A DNA stretch of 64,000 nt from Acidobacteriota bacterium (GCA_965248695.1 CBDFKD010000002.1:1184001-1248000); one strand, 5' to 3'; shown: positions 30,032 to 38,940, numbered from the stretch's first letter. The notes: generated by a model from the sequence alone, not told the origin. A program made the numbers and translations.

Positions 30032-31291
30032 TGACCTGACCCCCGAAAACGGATCCGGATGTAATCTCACGATCTGGGTCAAGAACGGGAGGTCAGAATG
30101 CCGAGTAAGAGGCACAGCGCCGAGCAGATCGTACGCAAGCTCCGGGAGGCTGAGGTGGAGCTGGCTCGAGGGGCGACGGTCAAGGATGCCTGCCGCAAGC
30201 TAGCAATCACCGAGCACACCTACTACCGGTGGCGGCGAGAGTACGGCGGACTGAAGCTCAACCAGGCCAGAAAGCTCAAGCAACTGGAGAAGGAGAATGC
30301 CCGGCTCAAGAGGCTGGTGGCGGAAAAGGAACTCGACCTGTCGATCCTGAAGGAAGTGGCGGAGGGAAACTTCTGAGCCCAGCTCGGCGGCGAGAGGCGG
30401 TGGCACATGTACGGGGGCGGCTGGGCGTCTCGGAGAGGCGGGCGTGTCGGGTACTGAAACAACCACGCACGACACACCGGTACGTGCCAAGAGAGCCGCA
30501 ACAGGAGCAGATTTTGACGGAGCGGATCGTGGATTTAGCCCGACAGTACGGGCGCTACGGATATCGGAGGGTGACAGCGTTGCTGCGCATGGAGGGCTGG
30601 TCCGTGAACCACAAACGAGTGCAGCGTATCTGGCGGCGCGAAGGGCTGAAAGTACCGAGAAAACAGCCCAAACGAGCACGGCTGTGGCTGAGCGATGGCT
30701 CCTGCATCCGGCTGCGCCCACAGCACCGGGATCATGTCTGGGCGTATGACTTCCTGCACCACCGGACGCACGACGGTCGGGCTATGAGGCTGCTGACGAT
30801 CGTCGATGAGTACACACGAGAAAGCCTGGCGATCCATGTAGCACGGAAGCTCAACTCTGAGGACGTGCTGGAGCAGCTCGGGAGGTTGTTCGTACACCGG
30901 GGCATACCTGAGCACATCCGGTCGGATAACGGACCAGAGTTCACCGCCGAGGCGGTTCGCGACTGGCTGGGCCGGTTGGGCGTGGGGACGCTGTTCATCG
31001 AGCCGGGCTCGCCGTGGGAGAACGGTTACGTGGAGAGCTTCAACGGCAAGCTACGCGACGAGCTGCTGGATGGAGAGATCTTCTACACGCTCAAGGAGGC
31101 AAAGGTTCTGATCGAGAGATGGCGTCAGCACTACAACCGCATGCGACCGCACAGCTCGCTGAGCTATCGGCCGCCCGCACCCGAAGCGACGTTGTTGAAG
31201 CCGGCTGCGCTCCGCTTCGCCGGCCTCAACAACCTCTTGTCAGCACCGAGTTACTGAGATAAGACATGGTACTAACCGCGGGGTCAGGTCA
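30032..31291 (+). mobile_element. IS3-family element B copy 1 (1260 bp); orfA 30098-30376, orfB to 31257
   Basis: IRL TGACCTGACCCCCG, IRR CGCGGGGTCAGGTCA; DDE core WAYDF/RSDNGPEF/ESFNG; GGGAAAC -1 frameshift site at 30364. Confidence 0.95.
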
Positions 31292-31918
31292 CTGGTGGCG
31301 CAATGATGGATCGTGCGTGCGGCTGCGGCCGGAGAGGAAAGATCACGTCTGGGCCTATGACTTCGTGCACGAACGAACTCACGACGGGCGAGCGTTTCGT
31401 CTACTGACGATCGTGGATGAGTACACGAGAGAGTGCTTGGCAATCGATGTAGCACGCAGGCTCAACTCCGAGAACGTGCTGGAGCGACTCGCTGAGCTGT
31501 TCGTGAACCGGGGTGTTGCCGATCACATCCGCTCCGACAACGGACCGGAGTTCACTTCTCGGGCAGTGCGTGAATGGCTCGAGCGAATCGGTGTGAAGAC
31601 GCTGTTCATTGAGCCCGGATCGCCATGGGAAAACGGCTATGTGGAGAGCTTCAACGGCAAGCTCCGAGACGAGCTGCTGAACGGCGAGATCTTCTACACG
31701 CTCAAGGAGGCGCAGTGCTTGGTGCACCGCTGGCGCCGCCAGTACAACCAGGTGCGGCCCCATAGCTCGTTGGGCTATCGACCGCCTGCACCCGAAGCGA
31801 CGTTGTTGCAGCCGGCTACGCTCCGCTTCGCCAGCTCCAACAATCTCTTGCCAGTACCGATTCTATGAGTTACGAAGTGGCCCAAACACTTGGGGCAGGT
31901 CATGGTGGCTTAGCGGCC

Positions 31919-33343
31919 TCACGGTCTGAGCCCCACGCCTTTGAGCCTGGCGATGAATTGCTCCTGCGTGCCCGCGCCCTTCATGGAGTTGCAGGCGCCG
32001 CACAGCAGTTGCAGGTTGTCGATGTGGTGTGAGCCTCCCATGGACTGCGGCACGATGTGATCCACCGTCATATTGCGGAAGCGGAAGTGTACCTCGCAGC
32101 CCGCGCAGGAGCCCTCCTGGCGTCCGTAGAGCGTGTGCCGATGGGTGCGATAGTTTGGCAGGTCGCCCAGGTCGGTGCGGTGTGGGATGTCCGTGCGGTG
32201 GTGTACGTCGTAGTACAGGTCCCTCTGCCGCTTATCCGCGGCCACATGGCGCCACGTTGAAGAATCCTCCAGGCGCGACTTCACCAGCTTCGCGGCGAGC
32301 GGCGATAGGTCAATACCTACCCACTGGCGACGCAGGCGCTCGGCGGCAACGCAGGCGGTGGCGCAGCCGGCAAAGGGGTCGAGCACCATATCGCCTTCGT
32401 TGGAGCTGGCGGCGATGATGCGTTCAAGCAGCGCCAGCGGCTTCTGGGTTGGGTAGCCGACGCGCTCGGCTGCGCGGGCGCCAATTGGAGGGATGTCCGT
32501 CCACAGATCCTGCAACGGCACCCCTGGCATCTCATCGAGGTACCGCTTGTATGCAGGCACACGGCCTGGAGCTGTTTGCACGATGCGCCCTTCGTCGACG
32601 AGCTGTTGCATGCGCTCCCGCGAGTAGCGCCAGAATCGCGTTACACCCATAACCTCGTACTGTGGGTTCCCTTTCGCGGCACCGCCCGGGCCGGTCAGGT
32701 TGTCCAATCGGTATCGCCTGCCCGTGTCCGGCTCCACGTGCCGGTAGAAACCGTCGATGTATCTCTGGTCGTAGGGCACGAACTGCGGGTTCCAGGTCCA
32801 TTCCTCGTCCTGCGAATAGAACAGGATCAGGTCTCGAACCCGCCCGTACTGCTTGCGGCCTTGCGCCCCGTCGCTGTGGCTGCTGGTCCGCTTCCACGCA
32901 ATCTCGTTTCGGAATCTACCCGGCCCGAGCACCGCGTCCAGCAGCATCCTGAGGTAATGGCTAGCGGTCGGGTCGCAGTGCAGGTACAGGCTGCCGGTGC
33001 TCTTGAGCACCCGCCGCATCTCCAGCAGCCGCACGGCCATCATGACGAGGTAGGCTTTCATGTCCTTGCCGTGCGCAGTCCGCGCGGCGCCGACCACGTC
33101 GTAGACGGGCGGCTCCCGGTCGGCTATCTCGCCGTGCCATGCGTCGTCAACGTCGCTGAGCGTCCACGTGTCCTTGAACGCCGCGCCGGCCGCCTCCGAG
33201 CCGATGGGGGCCGCGTAGTCGCGGTTACTGTTGAACGGCGGGTCCAGGTAGATCAGGTCGACCGACTCGGAGTTCATGCCGCGCATAATCTCTAGGTTGT
33301 CGCCCGTCCATAGCGTCCGGTTGCTCCAGTTCGGATCGCTCAT
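31919..33343 (-). CDS. Beta-class amino-DNA methyltransferase fused to C-terminal HNH endonuclease
   Basis: LIYLDPPF, YPTQKP, VLDPFAGCAT; C-terminal CAGC...VDHIVPQSMGGSHHIDNLQLLCGACNSMKG. Confidence 0.9.
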   Translation of the reverse strand: MSDPNWSNRTLWTGDNLEIMRGMNSESVDLIYLDPPFNSNRDYAAPIGSEAAGAAFKDTWTLSDVDDAWHGEIADREPPVYDVVGAARTAHGKDMKAYLVMMAVRLLEMRRVLKSTGSLYLHCDPTASHYLRMLLDAVLGPGRFRNEIAWKRTSSHSDGAQGRKQYGRVRDLILFYSQDEEWTWNPQFVPYDQRYIDGFYRHVEPDTGRRYRLDNLTGPGGAAKGNPQYEVMGVTRFWRYSRERMQQLVDEGRIVQTAPGRVPAYKRYLDEMPGVPLQDLWTDIPPIGARAAERVGYPTQKPLALLERIIAASSNEGDMVLDPFAGCATACVAAERLRRQWVGIDLSPLAAKLVKSRLEDSSTWRHVAADKRQRDLYYDVHHRTDIPHRTDLGDLPNYRTHRHTLYGRQEGSCAGCEVHFRFRNMTVDHIVPQSMGGSHHIDNLQLLCGACNSMKGAGTQEQFIARLKGVGLRP

Positions 33344-33396
33344 CAACTCAGGAGGTCTAGAGTCCTCGATGATCTATGGTCGACATGGGGGGCTAC

Positions 33397-34344
33397 CTAC
33401 CCTGGTGGTGGTAGGCGGCCGGGGCTGGCGCGAACACCGAGCACGGTGTCGGTTTCCGGGTCGATGTCGCATTGGTAGGTGTGGTTCTGCCAAGCACCGA
33501 GGCCATTTTGGAATTGGATCTTGTCGCCGATCAGGGTGAGGGTACCGGCGGACTGATCCTTCCAGCGGAAGCGGCTGAACTTTGGCTCGAGGAAGCCGTC
33601 TGTCCACTGGTGGCTGTATTGCGCTAGCCGCTCGATGTGGTCTTCGCAGTACACCCCCTTGGAGACGTGCCTATTGCCCCAGCAGTTGAGGTCTTGCCGA
33701 CAGGAATCTTTAGAAGTAGTTACGGCCTCGGTAGCGCGAGCAGCTGTACGAGAAGCCTTCTTGCGTTGCCGTTCTACAGCCGCGCGATACTCTGCTAAGT
33801 TGCCTACACCGAGCCTGCGTGCATCCTGCCAGAGAATTCCTGACACAAGACCAGCTATTAAGGTCGCGCCTACAGCGAGCCGTAGCCGTGATCGCTTGCT
33901 GGGCTTCATGGAGCCAAAGACCCGGCTCCACAGTGGTGTGATCATCACCAAGCCAAAGCCGAGAATTGCAGCACCTATGGCCGCCTCAGGTGATATCACG
34001 CCGGGTGCCGGGAGCAGAATCGCGACCCCGATCACAGCTACAAGGAACCCGGGAACCACGGCTCGTGCCGGTGTTTTGTCCTTCTTCGCCGTGGGCTCAT
34101 CCACATCTTTGGGCGTTGGCGGAGCTGCTGCTTCCGCTGCTGGTTCTTCAGAGGTCGTGTCCGTACTCGCTGCCTCTACCTCACCCCACAGGCTTTCCGC
34201 TGAGGGTTGCTCCGAGATCGGCGAAGACTCAGCGTCGTCGACCGGCTCCTGAGCCGCTACCGCCGCAGGGCAACCGCACTGCGGACAGGCTGCCGCCTGG
34301 TCGGAAATCTGAGCCTTGCATTCAGGGCATTCGATCAGAGCCAA
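33397..34344 (-). CDS. Zinc-ribbon membrane protein (prophage moron type)
   Basis: CPEC...CPQC N-terminus, acidic linker, ~3 TM segments, Cys-containing C-terminal domain. Confidence 0.8.
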   Translation of the reverse strand: MALIECPECKAQISDQAAACPQCGCPAAVAAQEPVDDAESSPISEQPSAESLWGEVEAASTDTTSEEPAAEAAAPPTPKDVDEPTAKKDKTPARAVVPGFLVAVIGVAILLPAPGVISPEAAIGAAILGFGLVMITPLWSRVFGSMKPSKRSRLRLAVGATLIAGLVSGILWQDARRLGVGNLAEYRAAVERQRKKASRTAARATEAVTTSKDSCRQDLNCWGNRHVSKGVYCEDHIERLAQYSHQWTDGFLEPKFSRFRWKDQSAGTLTLIGDKIQFQNGLGAWQNHTYQCDIDPETDTVLGVRASPGRLPPPG

Positions 34345-34357
34345 CGTCAGTCTCCCC

Positions 34358-34424
34358 GTTCAGCGTTCACCGACCCTCGGGTGAGGTCGGCCTGTAGCGT
34401 GTAGGGCCCTGCCGTAGCAGGCGT
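34358..34424 (-). repeat. Copy A of ~65-bp direct repeat (putative promoter/leader)
   Basis: Aligns with 37018-37081; shared core TCGGCCTGTAGCGTGTAG. Confidence 0.8.
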
Positions 34425-34567
34425 CTTCGATTGCGCAATCACAGAAGCGTTTTCCCTGTCCAGGCAACCTGACGATCTTGCCATCCACCTCACCTCGCCG
34501 ATGGTTTCGGCATCATTGGGCCAGGGTATAGGGGGGTGCTCTTCGTTGTCGCTGGCGAGGATGCCAA

Positions 34568-35785
34568 TCAGTTCGGCCTCGGTTGTTCATCGGCTCGTAT
34601 CGCGTTGGACCTGCGGTAATCTTCTGCCGGCGGCTTAGTCACGAAGGTTACGGTGCCGTGATGCCTTTCGACTGCCGACATGATTTCTTCAAGGGAAACG
34701 CGAAAGTACTCACGCCGGAGGTTTACGCGATTAATCCTCCGAGCGGCGAACTCCTCGTGCAGGGTGCTCTCAAGTCTTGGAGCATCTTCTGTGTAAATTA
34801 GTGCGTGAACGTCAAACCGAAACGGGACCGACGCATCGCCTAACTCATACACCCGATCAAGTGGCTCGAGCCTCCTGGTCATTCCGATCTTGTAGATCCC
34901 CTCGCCGAAGGAACCAATGTTCGACAGAACATAGACATGCCCGGACTTCGTGAGCTGTGCGCGTGCGATACTCTTGGCCTTCCTGTCGATTGCGGTCGCA
35001 AGCTCTTGCTCTAGCTTTTCTACAAGGTCTCCAAGCTTTTCGACCTGAGCGCCTGTTGCCTTGTCTAATTGTGCGCGTGCCTTCTCCAACGCCTTGGCGT
35101 AACGTTGCTCTTCTTCTTCTGCATCATGGCGTGCCTTCTCGATTTCCTTTTCTGCCTTCTGTTCATCGCGCATCCGCGCTCGAACTTCTCTCTGTTCCTC
35201 TTTCTCTTCGTAAAGTTTCTCTCGGTGCTCATGTACTAGGTGTAGCTCCTCCAGCTTCTTCTGGAGGTATGTATCAGCAATCGCGATCTTCTTCGTCGCG
35301 CCTAGTTTGTTGATGGCCTCGAAAGCCTTGCTGATTCGTGTTCCGACCTTTTCGACATTGTCGTACTTGACCCTGCCGATCGCGGAATCGCAATCGCCAT
35401 TGAAGGCGCGCAACATCAACTTGGAGTGCTCGGACATCATTTGTCGACCTTTTGCAAGGCTTCCGTCTACCACCCAGTCTCTCGGGCACACTGTTGCAGT
35501 TTTCTCGCGAATCAGGGCCTTCTGTTCCTCTCGAACGGCCTTGAGACGGCTTACATATTCCTCGGAGGTTTCGAAGCCATATCGTGGTTCATAGAATCCG
35601 AAGGACTGGATTTCAATCGCGTCCTCGACAGACTCTAGCTCTGCACGCAAACGAGCAAGTTCGTGGCGCAGGGCCTCAGCTTCACCGCCTTGCAGAGGAA
35701 TAATCTGCGGGAGAACTCCTCCGCACTGAGCACAGAACCGAGCTGCCGACTCTTGTTGCGCGCCACAGCTTTCGCAGTGGATCAT
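34568..35785 (-). CDS. Zinc ribbon + DUF4041 + GIY-YIG (T5orf172) nuclease, SNIPE/PD-lambda-1-like
   Basis: CESC..CAQC; FGFYEPRY, KLMLRAFNGDCD; GHVYVLSNIGSFGEGIYKIGMTRRLEPLDRVYELGDASVPFRFDVH. Confidence 0.88.
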   Translation of the reverse strand: MIHCESCGAQQESAARFCAQCGGVLPQIIPLQGGEAEALRHELARLRAELESVEDAIEIQSFGFYEPRYGFETSEEYVSRLKAVREEQKALIREKTATVCPRDWVVDGSLAKGRQMMSEHSKLMLRAFNGDCDSAIGRVKYDNVEKVGTRISKAFEAINKLGATKKIAIADTYLQKKLEELHLVHEHREKLYEEKEEQREVRARMRDEQKAEKEIEKARHDAEEEEQRYAKALEKARAQLDKATGAQVEKLGDLVEKLEQELATAIDRKAKSIARAQLTKSGHVYVLSNIGSFGEGIYKIGMTRRLEPLDRVYELGDASVPFRFDVHALIYTEDAPRLESTLHEEFAARRINRVNLRREYFRVSLEEIMSAVERHHGTVTFVTKPPAEDYRRSNAIRADEQPRPN

Positions 35786-36990
35786 TCGTCTGCCTCCTGG
35801 ATTTGACCAACACCTTCACTGAGGTGCCTAATGCAAGAGGCTGGGTCGATACGAGAGAGGTCAATAGCTTCGAAGGTAGCTCTGTCCACAACGACTGAAC
35901 GAAGGCGTTTGCGCGAATCGTTTCCAGTTGCCTTGTTGACGCTTGTCACCCAGCCATTGAGAAGCATGCCCGCAACCGTGTTGATATAGCAGCCCTCGAT
36001 GACTTCATGGACCGTTCTCAGGACGAGTTGGTCGAGAATCGACTCGTAAAGCGCTGCGATTTCTTTCTTCTTGAGTGAGATGGGTTCTACGCGATTGCCA
36101 CCAGAGACGAACTTGTACCCCGCTACGGTGGGGATCGTATCGAGAGGAGGAAGCTCAAGTTCAACCACTACGTACCGAGATTCTTCATCGAACTCGACCT
36201 TGTTGCTCATCACCACCCAGTCCGGATACTGCGACCTTTCGAGAACGCGGGAGCAGTACTCGACAATTGCAGATACCTCTCCGGCTTCCAGAGCCCGTCG
36301 AAACTCGACAAGCGCCTTGTTTGAACGCTTCTTTTCGGCGAGAAACTGCGCCTTGTCAATCGCGTGACGATTCCGCGCTTCATCCTTTTCTTGTTCGTGC
36401 TGTCGTACGGCCTCCTGCCAGTCTTGCTGCGCCTTCGCTTCTGCTTGCTGGTGAAGGCGTACATTCTTTTCGCACGTAGCCTCCCACTTGCGAAATCGAC
36501 CTCGAAGCAACCATGCAAGACCCGGCTCAGGTGGAAGGCGTAACCTCTGTGGCGGCGGCTGCTGTGGGGGCTTTGGAAACGAAAACCGTCTGAAGGCTCG
36601 CGTATCGCGCTCTGCTTTCCAGTCGATGCGATCGTCAATCGCAAGCGTTGCCGCAAGAAGACCCTCGGCGTCGGCTAAAGTCTCCTTCGCCTCCTTGTCA
36701 AGGCGTTGCGCCTCGGCTTGAGCCTGTTCTTTTGCGTCACGTTTACCGTCAGCTATTCGTTTTCGAATCTCTTGTTCAGCCCAAGTCTCAACGAGTTGCC
36801 GCGCTTTGGTTTCAATTTCATCCGTGGATTTTGCTTTGATGGTTCGTCGCTTATTTAGATACTCATTTTTGACTTCGGCCTCGTAAATTGGCGCAGAGCG
36901 CAGCTTTCCAGCCGGTGTGTACCAACTAGTCGTTGCCTCAATGACGAGTTTCCTCGATTGAACTAGCTTGCGAATCTCAGATTCATCCAC
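35782..36990 (-). CDS. Homologue of the N-terminal region of Mrr-associated restriction proteins, lacking the nuclease domain
   Basis: TLAIDDRIDW, IVEYCSRVLERSQYP, LYESILDQLVLRTVHEV, NGWVTSVNKATG, IDLSRIDPASC, then stop; ATGA overlap with the DUF4041 gene. Confidence 0.72.
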   Translation of the reverse strand: MDESEIRKLVQSRKLVIEATTSWYTPAGKLRSAPIYEAEVKNEYLNKRRTIKAKSTDEIETKARQLVETWAEQEIRKRIADGKRDAKEQAQAEAQRLDKEAKETLADAEGLLAATLAIDDRIDWKAERDTRAFRRFSFPKPPQQPPPQRLRLPPEPGLAWLLRGRFRKWEATCEKNVRLHQQAEAKAQQDWQEAVRQHEQEKDEARNRHAIDKAQFLAEKKRSNKALVEFRRALEAGEVSAIVEYCSRVLERSQYPDWVVMSNKVEFDEESRYVVVELELPPLDTIPTVAGYKFVSGGNRVEPISLKKKEIAALYESILDQLVLRTVHEVIEGCYINTVAGMLLNGWVTSVNKATGNDSRKRLRSVVVDRATFEAIDLSRIDPASCIRHLSEGVGQIQEADE

Positions 36991-37017
36991 AGTATTCTTG
37001 ACTCATGTTCTATTCCT

Positions 37018-37081
37018 GTTCAGCGTTCCCGATTCCCGCCTGAGATCGGCCTGTAGCGTGTAGAGCCTGCCGTGCAAGCGT
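37018..37081 (-). repeat. Copy B of ~65-bp direct repeat (putative promoter/leader)
   Basis: Aligns with 34358-34424. Confidence 0.8.
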
Positions 37082-37246
37082 TCTCGGTTCCTCCGTTGCG
37101 CCTCCGTGCGCACCTTCGCATCTCTCCTTGTGGTAGCAGACATTTGTCTGCTACGGTCGCTCGCTTGGTTACGAGAATACTCTTACTCGCTCCGCAGCCG
37201 GAAGCAGCCCCTCGCCTCCCGGTTCGGGATGCTGGGAGGCATGGGC

Positions 37247-37396
37247 ATGATGGTTGCAGTCTTGATAGTCCTAGCGATTCTAGTTGCCGGTACCGGAGGG
37301 TTCGTCATAGGCCGTCGGTTCGGTGTGCGCGAGGTGCTAGAGCTTGCGCGAGCGCTTCGATATCGGTTTCCTCAAGTAGCTCCACGAGCGCTTTGA
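37247..37396 (+). CDS. Possible 49-aa single-TM peptide antisense to the repressor 3' end
   Basis: GGGAGG 7 nt upstream; MMVAVLIVLAILVAGTGGFVIGRR. Confidence 0.35.
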   Translation: MMVAVLIVLAILVAGTGGFVIGRRFGVREVLELARALRYRFPQVAPRAL

Positions 37397-37757
37397 TCGA
37401 GACCCCGCCAGCGCGGGCGACGTTAGCGGCAAGGAGTACGAGCTTTTCTGGTGACATGCCGGCGTCGATGGCGAAGGCGTCCAGGCGGTCGAGGTTGATT
37501 AGGTCGCGGACTTCTTCCTCGCTGAGCCCTAGCCTTGTTAATCGCTGAACATCTTCATCGGTCGAAGGCAGAATTCGACCCTTGATCCAGCCGTTGAATT
37601 TGGACCGGCCATTTAGGCCAAGCCAACGTGCTACTGCGGATTGCGAGTCGAGACCCACGCTTTTGGGGATAAGCGCTTGTAGGGCCTCCTGCAAACGTTT
37701 GCCTAGATGCCTGTTTGGGTAGGCTACTCCGCGCGCCATCGCCATCGCGTGGTCCAT
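37305..37757 (-). CDS. CI-like XRE HTH repressor (start uncertain, 37739-37772)
   Basis: SQSAVARWLGLNGRSKFNGWIKGRILP HTH; divergent from cro-like gene. Confidence 0.7.
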   Translation of the reverse strand: MDHAMAMARGVAYPNRHLGKRLQEALQALIPKSVGLDSQSAVARWLGLNGRSKFNGWIKGRILPSTDEDVQRLTRLGLSEEEVRDLINLDRLDAFAIDAGMSPEKLVLLAANVARAGGVSIKALVELLEETDIEALAQALAPRAHRTDGL

Positions 37758-37840
37758 AGTACTTATAGACACATGGACACATGAAGATAAGTATGTTTTT
37801 CTGGTTGCAATGTCCTAAAGCATGGTGTACGTTAGGACGC
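37758..37840. promoter_or_regulatory. Divergent phage switch: sigma70-type promoter with overlapping operator
   Basis: TTGCAA-17 bp-TACGTT, ATG 7 nt later; inverted repeat GTCCTAA...TTAGGAC (37812-37838); direct repeat GACACATG x2. Confidence 0.65.
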
Positions 37841-38083
37841 ATGGGAGACTTCAACTACAACAAGATCCGTGAGCAGCGAGAGAAACTTGGGCTGTCGCAG
37901 TTCAAACTCGCGGCCCGTGTCGGGCGCCATCTCAACACGATCCGATCTTGGGAAACCGGAACATCGCAACCTGACGCAGACGATCTCGCGGCCCTTGCTG
38001 CGGTTCTGCAAGTATCTATCGAGTCTTTTTTTGGCCCTCTTCGTACACGAGTACCTGATACATCATTACGACACTCGCCATGA
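37841..38083 (+). CDS. Cro-like XRE HTH protein
   Basis: IREQREKLGLSQFKLAARVGRHLNTIRSWETGTSQP. Confidence 0.88.
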   Translation: MGDFNYNKIREQREKLGLSQFKLAARVGRHLNTIRSWETGTSQPDADDLAALAAVLQVSIESFFGPLRTRVPDTSLRHSP

Positions 38084-38385
38084 CGCCCATGACGTTACCG
38101 AGTTCCACCACCCCCACGCCACTGCGGAATCAGGCAGACGGCGCAGCCATGAGCGCCCGGACTCGGTTCGTTGAGACCCGCCACCACGAAGGCCCCCTGT
38201 GCCCGGCATGTTTCAGGGAGCTCCCGGAGACACCGAGCGAAGCTGTGAGCCAGCTGCTCGAATACTATGCGCGGCTCGATGAGCAGGACCAACTCGCATT
38301 CGTAGCGACTCTGATTGGCGACGCCGTGACGCAGCGAATGGTTGCGCGCCTTCAGCCGGTCAGCGAGCCCCAGGGGGCGGCGTGA
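38080..38385 (+). CDS. Phage early hypothetical protein
   Basis: Start overlaps cro stop; CPAC motif. Confidence 0.55.
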   Translation: MTPMTLPSSTTPTPLRNQADGAAMSARTRFVETRHHEGPLCPACFRELPETPSEAVSQLLEYYARLDEQDQLAFVATLIGDAVTQRMVARLQPVSEPQGAA

Positions 38386-38591
38386 GCGTCGGCGAGATCG
38401 CTGAAATCGTTACGTCGCTCGGGCTGCTGTTCACCGCCATCGTGAACGTGCTGGCTACGCGTCGCCTCCGCTGGCTATCGGGAGACCTGATACAGGCCAT
38501 CCACACCCTCCGAGTCACGCGGCGCGACGCAGCATCGAACGGGTACTCGACGGCGAACTCTGGGCTGGGCCCTGAGGCGAACCGTGAATAG
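38382..38591 (+). CDS. Phage early hypothetical protein
   Basis: GTGA coupling to the previous gene; hydrophobic N-terminus. Confidence 0.45.
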   Translation: MSVGEIAEIVTSLGLLFTAIVNVLATRRLRWLSGDLIQAIHTLRVTRRDAASNGYSTANSGLGPEANRE

Positions 38592-38606
38592 CACGGTAAA
38601 GGGCCC

Positions 38607-38843
38607 ATGAACATCGCGGTGAAGCAGACACTGCCCCTTGCTAAGTGGCGGTTCGAAGACAACGCGGCGCTGCCAAGAGCCGTCGCTGAGCCACCGCCCA
38701 TCCCCGAAACCGTCCTGGATGAACTGTGCCGCTACCGTCAGGACATGGCCTGCGCGCAGTGGGACGACGATCAGCGCCCCGACGACGATGGTGAGCTCGT
38801 CGCCGCCTTCGGCTCCCAGGCCGTGTTTGGAGTGGGGCGGTAG
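38607..38843 (+). CDS. Phage early hypothetical protein
   Basis: Tightly packed operon position. Confidence 0.5.
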   Translation: MNIAVKQTLPLAKWRFEDNAALPRAVAEPPPIPETVLDELCRYRQDMACAQWDDDQRPDDDGELVAAFGSQAVFGVGR

Positions 38844-38845
38844 CG

Positions 38846-38940
38846 ATGCGCCGCGAACGCCGTCTCGATTCGCTGGCCCGCTGGTGCCGGGAGTACTGCG
38901 AGCGCCATGGCCTGGACTATGCCGCCACGCGTCGTGCTTT
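38846..38940 (+). pseudogene. Phage gene truncated by IS3-B copy 2
   Basis: ORF starts 2 nt after the previous stop and runs into the IRL at 38941. Confidence 0.5.

Larger units (their letters stand above)
29361..31902 (+). mobile_element. IS3-family element A, interrupted by element B
   Basis: IRL TGACCTGCCCCCC at 29361; IRR GGGGCAGGTCA ending 31902; orfB split into ~29714-30031 and ~31292-31868; no TSD. Confidence 0.88.

Noticed and set aside
30229-30372. N-terminal extension of the 342-aa IS3 ORF
   Set aside because: ORF-caller artefact; orfB is reached by -1 frameshift at GGGAAAC, a well-known IS3 mechanism
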